Made by a program: the position numbers and the translations under genes. Below the pieces are notes generated by a model that did no database searches, had not been told where the DNA came from, and worked only from the letters and a program-made list of their open reading frames with translations. From Chthoniobacteraceae bacterium (GTDB taxonomy: Bacteria > Verrucomicrobiota > Verrucomicrobiia > Chthoniobacterales > Chthoniobacteraceae), in assembly GCA_031409655.1 (NCBI GenBank), contig JANNXQ010000009.1:1-49435 (forward strand): a stretch of DNA of 49,435 nucleotides, written 5' to 3'. Shown piece by piece: positions 29,575 to 39,012 of this stretch (position 1 is the stretch's first letter; each line of letters begins with the position of its first letter).

Positions 29575-31935
29575 TTACCTCGAATCGAACTTCGGATCCA
29601 CGGGCGCTGCCGCCAGGATGACTCTGAAACCACGATCCCAAAAACTCTGATCCGGATAGTCGTAGCGGACTGGACCAAAAAGGCGGGTTGTTGCGGCGAA
29701 AGTCACTACGTCCGTGTTCGGTCGCCTGCCGCTATACGGGACCAACTCCTGGGGATGACAATTCCACGCGCCGCCTCGTGAGATTCGGTACAATCCCGCC
29801 GAATCCCAACTATCGAGACACCACTCCCAAACGTTTCCGATCACGTCGTGAAGCCCCTGGGAGTTCGCATCCAGCGTGCCAACGGGCTCTGTCTGCCAAC
29901 GATATCTGTCCACCAAGATCACGGTCGTTCCGGGTGTCGTGCCTGCCGCCAGAGTGTCAAACTCCGCTGAAGTCGGGAGGCGGTAGGCAACCGAATCAGG
30001 CAGGCGGCCGGCACCACTCTCCCGGGCGGTCAATCGCTGACAGAAGGCCATCGCATCATTCCACGAAATTCGCTCCACCGGACGATTGGGATCCCTGAAC
30101 AAACTTGGATTTGCACCCATGACTTCTTCAAATTGAAGCTGCGTGACCTCGTGAGCAGCAGCCCAAAACCCGTCCGATTGCCGAATCATGCGCATCCCCA
30201 CCCCATTGGAAAACTCGTTCTCGTTCCTCCCAAGGTTGGATGGCTTCCTTGCAACCGGCGGGGAGAGGTGGATGGGTGAAGCAGGTTTTAAAAGACTGGT
30301 CTGCAAGGTTGTCAACGACGCCAAAAAACCCTCCACCAGCTTTTCATTTCCACTTTGCTTTAAGGCTCTGTAGCGAGAGACAACTTCCCAATCACTTTCG
30401 ACCGGGTTGTTTCGACGAGTCGTCAGCATTATTTGCTGGCCCGAAGGATCAACCCCCTTGAATTCATTAGGGAGAAACGTGGTCCCAGCGAGCAAATGCC
30501 AGATTTCAGAAGCAGTGAAGAATTGTCGATTGGCTGGAACGGCGTTTGTCACCAATCGAGTGAGGTCGCCAAAAGCGCTTGCGAATCCGTAGGTCCCATA
30601 CGCGGTACAAGCCGTGAGGTTCGCATTTGGGAGGAAAATGACTGAACTCTCCGAACATTTGGGTTCATGCAGCGCATTGTTTAAAAGCGAACGGTCAAAA
30701 ATCCAACGCGCGCGTTCGCGGACATAGACAGGCGGGATCTGGGCGCCAAAGACGATGGAAAGGGCTCCGACCGCTCCGACGAGAAACGAACTCGACTGCC
30801 GTCCGCCGAAGAAGGCTATGCTCCGCAGGAGCGCAAAGGTGAGGATCGCTAGAGGGAGGTTCGTCAGGATGCAATGCCGGCTAAATGCGCCTGTCGGATC
30901 CTTCAAAAAAACTTTTCCTGCCGCAGCGAAAGGAAGCACCGCAAGAACGAGGAGCAAGCCTCCCGCAAGCGTCATGGTCACACTGGAGGTGGCACTCTTT
31001 TCCACTGCCCATCGCCGGGGCAGAAAACGCCAGGCTGCGAGTGCTCCGAGAAGCAGTATCCCCGCGATGGCAGGATGTGCAGTAACCCAGCGTCCAGTAG
31101 AGGCGAAATGGAATGGCAGGACGTTTTCGAAGAACGACCAAAAGTTGGCCCCAAGGTTGCCAAGATTCTCCTTTGGATCGTTGTATGCGCTGTACCAGCC
31201 TCGCTGTGGGGTGAAGACTGTGCGGAGAATCCAGCTAACGGGAGGGAGGAGGAAGAAATCCGGGAACCGAGTGAGGAAGCGAATTGCGCTTGAGGCAAGT
31301 GATGTGCCGCCAAGGCGGTGGTAACGGAAAAAGAGCAGCACAAAAATACCGCCGTAAAAGACGATGAGTGCGGCGTTGGAAAAACTGAGCAGGAAAAGAA
31401 TGTTTGCGCCAATACGGAGCGCCCAATGGATCCCTTGTTCACTTCGCAGACATTTTTCCGCCAGAACCCCCGCCGCAAGAAACAGTGCGATGGTGAAGAG
31501 GAAAAAAAACATGACCAAATCCTGCACCGCTGAGAATGTCGGGAGGGCTATCGCCAGCAGCGTGATCATCCCTGCCTCTTGCCTGGACACCTCGGTCAGT
31601 CGGACCGTCAGGTGGTAGGTGAGCAGACTATTGAGATAGAGGAGGGCGAACGATGTCCACATCAGCGCACTCACGATATCTCCAAGGTACGCAAACGGGC
31701 GGTAGAGCCAACCGTAGAGAGGGACCCCTACGGAGTCAAAAAAGTCATGCAGGGTGCGCCACTTACGCTCTTCCAGCCAATTCAGAACATACCAACTATC
31801 CCAGATAGTTCCTTCGTTTGAGAGGATGAATCCGTGGCAGAGCAGCGTCGCCATGAACAAAATCCCATAGATGGGGAGCCAGGGCCAATTCCGACCGATG
31901 CTAGCGCAGATTCCCGCCTTGGACTTAAAACTCAT
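29575..31935 (-). CDS. Polytopic GT-C-like membrane protein fused to a C-terminal FGE-sulfatase (SUMF1-like) domain
   Basis: N-terminal IWD loop and about 11 TMs; C-terminal HEVTQ, RPVERISWNDA..FC, YRLPTSAE, GLHDVIGNVWEWC, RGGAW, GFRV. Confidence 0.8.
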   Translation of the reverse strand: MSFKSKAGICASIGRNWPWLPIYGILFMATLLCHGFILSNEGTIWDSWYVLNWLEERKWRTLHDFFDSVGVPLYGWLYRPFAYLGDIVSALMWTSFALLYLNSLLTYHLTVRLTEVSRQEAGMITLLAIALPTFSAVQDLVMFFFLFTIALFLAAGVLAEKCLRSEQGIHWALRIGANILFLLSFSNAALIVFYGGIFVLLFFRYHRLGGTSLASSAIRFLTRFPDFFLLPPVSWILRTVFTPQRGWYSAYNDPKENLGNLGANFWSFFENVLPFHFASTGRWVTAHPAIAGILLLGALAAWRFLPRRWAVEKSATSSVTMTLAGGLLLVLAVLPFAAAGKVFLKDPTGAFSRHCILTNLPLAILTFALLRSIAFFGGRQSSSFLVGAVGALSIVFGAQIPPVYVRERARWIFDRSLLNNALHEPKCSESSVIFLPNANLTACTAYGTYGFASAFGDLTRLVTNAVPANRQFFTASEIWHLLAGTTFLPNEFKGVDPSGQQIMLTTRRNNPVESDWEVVSRYRALKQSGNEKLVEGFLASLTTLQTSLLKPASPIHLSPPVARKPSNLGRNENEFSNGVGMRMIRQSDGFWAAAHEVTQLQFEEVMGANPSLFRDPNRPVERISWNDAMAFCQRLTARESGAGRLPDSVAYRLPTSAEFDTLAAGTTPGTTVILVDRYRWQTEPVGTLDANSQGLHDVIGNVWEWCLDSWDSAGLYRISRGGAWNCHPQELVPYSGRRPNTDVVTFAATTRLFGPVRYDYPDQSFWDRGFRVILAAAPVDPKFDSR

Positions 31936-31959
31936 CGAATCTTTCCGTCTATTGCCGCA

Positions 31960-32853
31960 TCACTTTCGCTCCATGAAGAGATTTACATGTTGCCGCTCTT
32001 TCTGAAGCATCGTCAGGACATTAGCGTCCGGCACAGGCACCAGTTGTCCACTGTCCGCATCGATTTCCTGGATCACGAATCCACGTTCCGTGAACGTCTG
32101 CAGCAGGGCGTCCGGCGAAGCCCCCATCTGCCTTATTCCCCACGGCCAATATTCCATCAGGATCTTGATGTTCGGGCTGGAATCGAGCAAGCGGCCCATG
32201 CCTGCCACAACGGCGGGCTCAAATCCCTGGGTATCAATCTTCATGACATCCACGGGCGTTGCGGAGTTCTCATAAAAGAGGGCGTCGAGAGTCGTAACTT
32301 TGACCGGGACGCTGGGGCGCTTTCCCGTCCGGTCGTAAACACGGTGATCTGCTTTATTTGACTCGCAAAGAAAGAGCTTTATCTCCCCGCACTCGCTGCC
32401 TGCCGCACCTTGGTAAACGCGGACAGTTTGAAACCCGTTTCGCGCAACAGTTCTCCGGATGAAATCGCAATTCGTGCTCTCCGGCTCCACGGAGACCACC
32501 CTCCCTTCAGCACCTATGCGGGAGGCAGCGAGTGCAGTATAGAGCCCGATGTTTGCGCCGACGTCGAAGACGCACATCCCAGGGCGCAGCAAGGACGTGA
32601 AGAAGCGAAGGTTGCTGGTTTCGTAACACCCAAGTGTGAGGCTGCCGCAGACGATTGCATCACGCTGGTTCATCACGAGCGTTACACCTTCCACAATCAG
32701 TTCCTGCGGAATCAACCGCCGAATGATGCTCTGAGCCAGCGCGCGCAAGGGAGCGGGTTTCAGAAGCACCGTGTAGATGAAGGTGGCAAAGGAAGGCGGC
32801 AGCCACGAGAGGATGCCGCGGCGTGGTTTTGGAAAATTGTTATCGGGAACCAT
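31960..32853 (-). CDS. FkbM family methyltransferase
   Basis: FDVGANIGLYT, VEPE, MKIDTQGFE; ATG 32853. Confidence 0.9.
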   Translation of the reverse strand: MVPDNNFPKPRRGILSWLPPSFATFIYTVLLKPAPLRALAQSIIRRLIPQELIVEGVTLVMNQRDAIVCGSLTLGCYETSNLRFFTSLLRPGMCVFDVGANIGLYTALAASRIGAEGRVVSVEPESTNCDFIRRTVARNGFQTVRVYQGAAGSECGEIKLFLCESNKADHRVYDRTGKRPSVPVKVTTLDALFYENSATPVDVMKIDTQGFEPAVVAGMGRLLDSSPNIKILMEYWPWGIRQMGASPDALLQTFTERGFVIQEIDADSGQLVPVPDANVLTMLQKERQHVNLFMERK

Positions 32854-34294
32854 TCGCGGCAGGGGTGTTCTGTTGCTTGTCCGCCGTGACCACCGCCTGG
32901 ACAAAAAGATCGGACGATCCAAACTGGTAATGGCTCAAGGCCAAGCCGGCATTGCGAAGCAGCGCTTCCGCAGATTTTCGCCCTTCGAGGAGGGAGATTT
33001 CAGGAGGGTGAAAGGTCGTCCGAGAATTGAGCACCTTGCGGAAGATTCCGTGGACGATTCGGAGAACCAGGACGCTCGACGCCAATCGGTGCGGCCAAAA
33101 CAGCACGACCTTACCGGTGGGTTTCAGCAAGCGACGGAACTCGGTAAGGATGCTAGATATCTCATCCGAAGTGAAGTGCTCCATGACGCCGAGGTTGTAA
33201 ATCCCATCGAAGCTGCCGTCCTCGAATGGCAGCGCGAAGATGCTCGCGTGTTTTACAAGTTCGGCCCGGCGATTGTTCCGTGCATACAGGCGGAGGGCGT
33301 CCGGCGAGATGTCCACGGCGGTGATGCGCATGGTCCGCTGGATATCTACATCCACCTGGCCGCTGCCGCACCCGGCGTGCAACAGAGTGGAATTGGGGTC
33401 AAAGGTGGCGGTGATCGCACGGTCCAGATTCCGCTTGATGAAATTTCTGCGGTAAATTCCCGCGATGATTTCGTAGAGGGCGTTGCTGGCATCCTGCGGG
33501 CGGCTCCAGTATGCATCCCAGTGTTGAGGGTCCACAAGGGAATGGTCGATTTGCGGAAGCTTTGGCTCGAGGAGGAATTGCTCAGGCCTGCGGAGTTGAG
33601 CGATGCTTAGCTCGAAGACATAGCGCAGGCTTTTCAAGGCAGCGGACGCGTCCATCTTGGAGTGTCCGTAGGTGCGGGCCGGGAGGACGATGGGCACTTC
33701 GGAGATGGGAAATTCATTCCGCACGAGAATGAAAAGGCTTTCGAAGAAAAACGAATAACCCCGCGACTTGACCAATCCGAAGACTTCGCGGGGCAGCCGA
33801 TCGAGGCGGTAAGCCCGAAAGGCACCGCTCGCGTCGTAGGGCATACCGAGCATCGTCTTTGTCAACCAATGGCCGGCCCAGGTCATGAAACGTCGGAAAA
33901 GGTTCCAGCCAGGAAGGCTGTCCTCATTCAGCCAGCGGGAACCTACGGCGACCTCACTCGTTCCCAGAGCGGTCAGCATCGCGGGAATATCCGAAGGCGA
34001 GTGGGTGAAGTCGCAATCGAGCGTGACCATCACTTCGTAGCCCTGATCGTAGGCCCACTGAATGGCTTCGAAGTGCGCGCTGCCAATGCCCAACTTGCCG
34101 GTGCGATGATGGACGGTGAGGCGGGGGTATTGCGCCTTGAGGGCTTCGAGCAGTTTGCCGGTGCCGTCGGGCGAGTTGTCATCGACGAAGAGCACATCGG
34201 CGTCGAGCCCGAGCTTGTGAATCTCAGCGCACATGCGCGGGGCATTTTCACTCTCGTTGTAAGTGGGGACGAAGATGAGTGTCTTAGCCGGCAT
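32840..34294 (-). CDS. DPM1/GtrB-like GT2 glycosyltransferase fused to a class I methyltransferase
   Basis: VPTYNE, VDDNSPDGT, LDCDFTH; C-terminal LHAGCGSG, YNLGVMEHF. Confidence 0.88.
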   Translation of the reverse strand: MPAKTLIFVPTYNESENAPRMCAEIHKLGLDADVLFVDDNSPDGTGKLLEALKAQYPRLTVHHRTGKLGIGSAHFEAIQWAYDQGYEVMVTLDCDFTHSPSDIPAMLTALGTSEVAVGSRWLNEDSLPGWNLFRRFMTWAGHWLTKTMLGMPYDASGAFRAYRLDRLPREVFGLVKSRGYSFFFESLFILVRNEFPISEVPIVLPARTYGHSKMDASAALKSLRYVFELSIAQLRRPEQFLLEPKLPQIDHSLVDPQHWDAYWSRPQDASNALYEIIAGIYRRNFIKRNLDRAITATFDPNSTLLHAGCGSGQVDVDIQRTMRITAVDISPDALRLYARNNRRAELVKHASIFALPFEDGSFDGIYNLGVMEHFTSDEISSILTEFRRLLKPTGKVVLFWPHRLASSVLVLRIVHGIFRKVLNSRTTFHPPEISLLEGRKSAEALLRNAGLALSHYQFGSSDLFVQAVVTADKQQNTPAANGSR

Positions 34295-35201
34295 GACGCT
34301 CAGAAGGAAGCAGGGATCCGACCATCTCCGCGAAGGTCACCGAGGGGCGCCAGCCAGTGAGGCGGCGAAGCTTGGAGGCGTCGCCGACCATGGGAGCTTT
34401 GCGACGGCCCAGCAGCTTGGGGTCTTCGACGACGTGGCGGCGCCAGTCGAGATCGAGCAGGCCGAAGACGGTCTCGACGAATTCCCGGACACTGTGAGTT
34501 TCACCGGTGGCGACGATGAAGTCCCCCGATTCCGGCAGCGCGAGAATGCGCGTCATGGCCTCGACGAAGTCGGGTGCGGAGCCCCAGTCGATCCGCGCGG
34601 AGAGATCGCCGAGGATGAGTTGGTCCTGTTCGCCGCGCTGGATGCGCAGGGCGGCCTGGACGATTTTCTGGGAGACGAATTTTTCCTGCCGAAGCGTGGA
34701 CTCGTGATTGTAGAGGATGCCGGTGGCAGCGAAGACACCGTGCGTCTGGCGGTAGTGGCGGCAGCAGTGGACTCCGGCGGCTTTCGAGATGCCATAGGGA
34801 CAGCGCGGATTGAAAGGAGTGTCCTCGGTTTGGATTTCGGCGGGCGGCTTGCCGAAGACGAGGGAACTGGCGGCGTAGAAGAACCGGGTGGTGGCGGAGT
34901 GCAGGCGGATGGCGTCGAGGTAATGGAGAAGCCCAGTGACATGGACCTCGAAGCTGCGCGCAAAGATGGCGGGCGGATCGGCGGTGGTCTGCTCCTGGGA
35001 GGAATGATGATAGGCAGCGAGGTAATAGACCTCGGCGGGCTGCCATTCACGGATCGCGACGGCGACCTCCTCGCGCCGGGTAAGATCGGGGCCGGGTTCA
35101 TCGCGGCGGATCCCCACGACTTCGCAACCGTCGGCGCGCAGTCGCTGCTCGAGGAGGCGTCCGTCCTGGCCGCCGCTGCCGACGATGACGACACGCTTCA
35201 T
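34284..35201 (-). CDS. GDP-mannose 4,6-dehydratase-like extended SDR
   Basis: GSGGQDG, PAEVYYLAA, PYGISK, GILYNHES, ATGETHSVREF; ATG 35201. Confidence 0.85.
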   Translation of the reverse strand: MKRVVIVGSGGQDGRLLEQRLRADGCEVVGIRRDEPGPDLTRREEVAVAIREWQPAEVYYLAAYHHSSQEQTTADPPAIFARSFEVHVTGLLHYLDAIRLHSATTRFFYAASSLVFGKPPAEIQTEDTPFNPRCPYGISKAAGVHCCRHYRQTHGVFAATGILYNHESTLRQEKFVSQKIVQAALRIQRGEQDQLILGDLSARIDWGSAPDFVEAMTRILALPESGDFIVATGETHSVREFVETVFGLLDLDWRRHVVEDPKLLGRRKAPMVGDASKLRRLTGWRPSVTFAEMVGSLLPSERHAG

Positions 35202-36442
35202 GAGCCAACGACTTCGATATCCGGAAGAGGAAAGATCATGCGGCCACCGCGGGCAAGGAACTCTGCCTCCCGCTCGATGAGATTTCCCCGGAAATGCCAG
35301 GGCAGGACGAGCAGGTAGTCCGGACACCGGGCGTGCGCCTCCGCCTCGGAAACGATGGGAATGTGCGTGCCAGGGGTGACACAGCCAAATTTTCCTGGAT
35401 TCACCTCCGCGACGCAGGGAATCCGCGCAGCGGTCAGACCGCAAAATTGGAGGATGACATTTCCTTTCGTGGAGGCGCCGTAGCCAAAGACGGTGGCACC
35501 CTCGCCGGCGATCCGGTCGAGTAGGGTGAGGAGTTGCGTGCGATGCTCGAAGACTCGCTTCTCAAAGGCTTGATAGGGAGCCAGGATGTCGAGATCGGCA
35601 AGCTTCTCGGCAGCGCGCACGCGCTCAATGGCGGCGGCGTTGGAAGTGTGGCTCGATCCGTCCTTGCCCACGGTGACAGCAAAGCTGCCCCCGTTGATAT
35701 CGTTCAACTCGACATCGAGAAGCCGCAGGCCGGAGCGTGAAAGCATCCACTCGATCTGACGCAGACCGTAGTACTCGAGATGCTCGTGGCAGACGGTGTC
35801 GTAGGCATTGCGCTCCAGCATGGTGGGCAAGTAACTTTGCTCGAAGTGCCACACTCCTTCGTCGTGCAAGACCCGGGCGATCTGTTCGACGAATCCCGCG
35901 GGATCCTCGAGATCGTAAAACATCGCGATCGAAGTCACGATTTTCGCCTTCGCGTCCCCAAACCGCGCGGCGAAGGCGGGCGCGGAAAAGAAGTCGGCGA
36001 TGACCTCAATGCGCGGTTGGTAAAAATCGCGGAACTTGGCGGCCGTCGGGTCCATACCCACTAGACGGAGTTCCTGCGGGTAAAACGAAAGCAGGGTGCC
36101 ATCGTTGCTCCCGATATCGAGGACGAGATCCCCTTTGACAGGAGGGAAACGCTGGAGAAGCGCGGCCACCTTCGCGCCGAGGTGCTGAACCATCGAGCGG
36201 TTGAGCGAGGAACGGTAGCCGTAGTTCGCGCCGTACATCTCTCCTGAGTCATAGGAGTGGCGCAATTGGACGAGACCGCAGGCCCCATCGCCGTGACACT
36301 TTAGCAACTGAAGCGGTCCGCGGGTGACCGACTCGGAAGCATCGCGGGGGAAGACACCGGTGAGGGCCTGTTCGCCAAGGTCGAGCACGGAGGCGAGCCC
36401 ATCATTGCCGCACATGCGGCAGCGTTCGATCATCTTTGGCAT
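35198..36442 (-). CDS. NDP-hexose 3-C-methyltransferase
   Basis: CRMC zinc site, YGYRS, LDIGSNDG, DTVCHEHLEYY, YGASTKGN, LPWHF; ATG 36442. Confidence 0.9.
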   Translation of the reverse strand: MPKMIERCRMCGNDGLASVLDLGEQALTGVFPRDASESVTRGPLQLLKCHGDGACGLVQLRHSYDSGEMYGANYGYRSSLNRSMVQHLGAKVAALLQRFPPVKGDLVLDIGSNDGTLLSFYPQELRLVGMDPTAAKFRDFYQPRIEVIADFFSAPAFAARFGDAKAKIVTSIAMFYDLEDPAGFVEQIARVLHDEGVWHFEQSYLPTMLERNAYDTVCHEHLEYYGLRQIEWMLSRSGLRLLDVELNDINGGSFAVTVGKDGSSHTSNAAAIERVRAAEKLADLDILAPYQAFEKRVFEHRTQLLTLLDRIAGEGATVFGYGASTKGNVILQFCGLTAARIPCVAEVNPGKFGCVTPGTHIPIVSEAEAHARCPDYLLVLPWHFRGNLIEREAEFLARGGRMIFPLPDIEVVGS

Positions 36443-36587
36443 TGAAAAAGGGGGACTCGCAGGTTTTAAGATATTGGTCGGCAGACGATGCCGCTGACAA
36501 TCCCGAAATGGGTGGGGCTCGAATACCCGGGCGGATTGTTTCGGTCGTTCGCTTGCATGGATCCAGCGAAGGTCCGCGGCCCACGAC

Positions 36588-37073
36588 TCATCGTTGAGTG
36601 GTGGACGCGGATGGATGGCGGAAAAAGAAGCGCAAGGTGCGAAACACCACCAAGAGGACGCGGGCCTTTTCGGTGACCCGAGCCCCATCCTCATGCCGTG
36701 TGAGAAAGCGTGCCCGGAGCAGCTTTTCAACCCGCCCTTCGACCATGGATTTGTCGCTGTAGCGGGCCTCGATCTCCTCCGGGCGCAGGGTGTGGTCGGA
36801 AACCTTGAGCAGGATCGAGACGGAGACGCTGGTGCTTACGAGAGTGAAGCAAAAAATGTAGAACTCGCAGAAAAACGCGAACAGCAGCAGTGCAGCGAAG
36901 GTCTCGATCCGCCAGCCAAAGCGGGAAACCATTACCGCGGTGAGCGCCACGCCGGTTGGGATGCCCACGACGAGCGACTTGACGACGAAATCCGTGCGCA
37001 AAGGAAGTCGGCAGAGGACCGCATGGGCGATCACTACCAAAATGAATGCTCCGACTGGCAGCAGCGCCCACAT
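36588..37073 (-). CDS. Hypothetical membrane protein (TMs plus winged-helix-like C-terminus)
   Basis: Hydrophobic N-half, SVSVSILL, RVEKL....L......VTEKAR; tight operon spacing. Confidence 0.7.
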   Translation of the reverse strand: MWALLPVGAFILVVIAHAVLCRLPLRTDFVVKSLVVGIPTGVALTAVMVSRFGWRIETFAALLLFAFFCEFYIFCFTLVSTSVSVSILLKVSDHTLRPEEIEARYSDKSMVEGRVEKLLRARFLTRHEDGARVTEKARVLLVVFRTLRFFFRHPSASTTQR

Positions 37074-37074
37074 G

Positions 37075-37575
37075 TCAACCGATCCGGTCGCGGATGTTCA
37101 CGAGCCAGACGAGGAGACGGAGTGGCGCGGCGGCGACGCGACCGAAGGGCGTGGTCGTGTAGCCATTCTCTGCACCTCGAATGAGCCGCAAACCGACGAG
37201 GCTTTCCAGACGCGCGGCCTTCTTTGAGGCGCCGATCTCCTCGAGATCGCTCGTGTCGGTGGCTTCAGGCATGACGCCGAGCCTTTCGACGCGGTCCAGC
37301 ATACGGATCGAGTAGCTGCCTTCCGACAACGACCAGAGTTCGAGGAAGGAAAGACTATAGATCGCGTGGAGGCTGGTCGCACCAATCAGGCTGGCAAAGC
37401 GGTCTGAAACGGATGGACCGACAGCGAGCAGCAGGACGGGCAATGCCAGGAATGACAAAACCTGGTAGATGAAGATGATGCGCTCACTTCCAAAGGTGCC
37501 GACATGCCGGAGCGCAAGCGTGTAGAGGAGAAAGTTGAGCGCAATGAAAATGAGAGCGGCGGCAAGCCAGGACAT
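37075..37575 (-). CDS. Hypothetical membrane protein (TMs plus winged-helix-like C-terminus)
   Basis: Hydrophobic N-half, SYSIRML, RLESL..L.LI.......TPFGR; same architecture as its neighbour. Confidence 0.7.
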   Translation of the reverse strand: MSWLAAALIFIALNFLLYTLALRHVGTFGSERIIFIYQVLSFLALPVLLLAVGPSVSDRFASLIGATSLHAIYSLSFLELWSLSEGSYSIRMLDRVERLGVMPEATDTSDLEEIGASKKAARLESLVGLRLIRGAENGYTTTPFGRVAAAPLRLLVWLVNIRDRIG

Positions 37576-37587
37576 TGGAAGCAGTGG

Positions 37588-38334
37588 CTAATGCTTCCCT
37601 TCGAACACGATTCGATTCAGTCGGCGGCGTAAAATCTCGAGGAGGGTATGACTCGTGGAGACGAAATTGCGAGGGACTAAATACGAAGCCGGGCCCTGTT
37701 TTTCCCGCCGCAAAGCTTCAATCGGAATTTCGATAAAAGTGGCACTCTCGTCCAGCAAACGAGCAATCAGGTCTGCCTGAAAACCAAAGCCAAAGGCATA
37801 AGGATGCCAGCGCATGACGTGGTGGCGGAGGAAGAGCGGGTTGCCATTGTAGTAGCGAAGCTGGTAGCCGCTGAAGAGATTGACCAGCCAAGTGTAGAAG
37901 CCCGAAATCCCGATCCGAAGGGCGCTCCCAATTTTCTTATGGTGGTAAGGAATGATCATGTCGGCTTCGCCCATTCTGCTGACGATGGCGTAAATGGTTT
38001 CCACCGGCTCGACGTTATCTCCGCACACGAGACGGAAGTACCGGCCAGTCCCCGCAAACGCGGCATCGACGAAGGTGCGCGACAAGCCAAGGTTCTTCGG
38101 ATTGCGCCGCAGGACAATGGGAACCTCTGGATGCCGCGCACGGTACTCGTCGACCAACGAACTAGTTCGGTCAACGGACCCATCATCCACGACGAGGATT
38201 TCGTAAGTGTACGAAAGCTTCTGCAACGCACAAACAATAGTGTCCAATGTTCCGACGATGTGTTCCTCCTCGTTTTTACAAGGGACGAGAATCGTCAGAT
38301 CCAGCTGCGTTTCCGTTTGTTTCGTAGCACTCAT
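37588..38334 (-). CDS. GT2 glycosyltransferase (DPM/GtrB-like)
   Basis: LVPCKNEE, VVDDGSVDRT, NLGL, CGD; ATG 38334. Confidence 0.88.
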   Translation of the reverse strand: MSATKQTETQLDLTILVPCKNEEEHIVGTLDTIVCALQKLSYTYEILVVDDGSVDRTSSLVDEYRARHPEVPIVLRRNPKNLGLSRTFVDAAFAGTGRYFRLVCGDNVEPVETIYAIVSRMGEADMIIPYHHKKIGSALRIGISGFYTWLVNLFSGYQLRYYNGNPLFLRHHVMRWHPYAFGFGFQADLIARLLDESATFIEIPIEALRREKQGPASYLVPRNFVSTSHTLLEILRRRLNRIVFEGKH

Positions 38335-38993
38335 GGGAAGTAGATGAATTCGTAGTCGCCGGTGTACCCTGCATTTTTGAAGACCCACTCCCATTCCTCT
38401 GGGGAGAAGAAACACTCACACGTTAGTTGCCAATAGAGCAGATTCACTTTTTCCCGCTCAGTCCGGTACGCATCGACCACAAGATACGCATTTTTGGTCC
38501 CCACACGGTTGATCTCACCGAGCGCGATTTCCAGTCCCGGGAGTTGAAGGTTGTGCAAGCTATTGATCGCCAGGACTAGGTCAAATGATCTATCCGGATA
38601 GGGAAGTGAGACGGCATTGCCCACCTGAAGATCGCGATTGATATCTGGCATGCTGTTCTCGATGGCATACGAGGAAATGTCCAAGCCCGCGATCACCATC
38701 CCCGGCTGAGCCTGCTTCAGATCGTAGAGGAGAAAGCCCTTGCCGCAGCCGATATCGAGCACCCGATCACCGGCTTTTAGGCCATAGTACCTGATCAGTT
38801 CGACGGCGAGGGGGCGCCAGCGGCCGTCGTAGTGATATCCTCCGTAGCCGGTGTTCCTACTGCCATCCCAATACTCCTTGTCGAACCGTTTCGCGATCGT
38901 CGCGAACTCGGCCTTGTCCCCAGCATGCACGCGCGCGAGATAGTCACGTTTTGTGGCCATGTGGACATGTTGCAGGAAATCAAGTTTTGCCAT
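38331..38993 (-). CDS. Class I SAM-dependent methyltransferase
   Basis: YWDG.R..GYGGYHYDGRW, VLDIGCGKGFL, FDLVLAINSLHN. Confidence 0.9.
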   Translation of the reverse strand: MAKLDFLQHVHMATKRDYLARVHAGDKAEFATIAKRFDKEYWDGSRNTGYGGYHYDGRWRPLAVELIRYYGLKAGDRVLDIGCGKGFLLYDLKQAQPGMVIAGLDISSYAIENSMPDINRDLQVGNAVSLPYPDRSFDLVLAINSLHNLQLPGLEIALGEINRVGTKNAYLVVDAYRTEREKVNLLYWQLTCECFFSPEEWEWVFKNAGYTGDYEFIYFP

Positions 38994-39012
38994 TGCGGAA
39001 TCTCCGAGTCGA

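Noticed and set aside
29575..30200. FGE/CLec domain as a diversity-generating retroelement target
   Set aside because: No template-repeat copy or reverse transcriptase is visible in the window.
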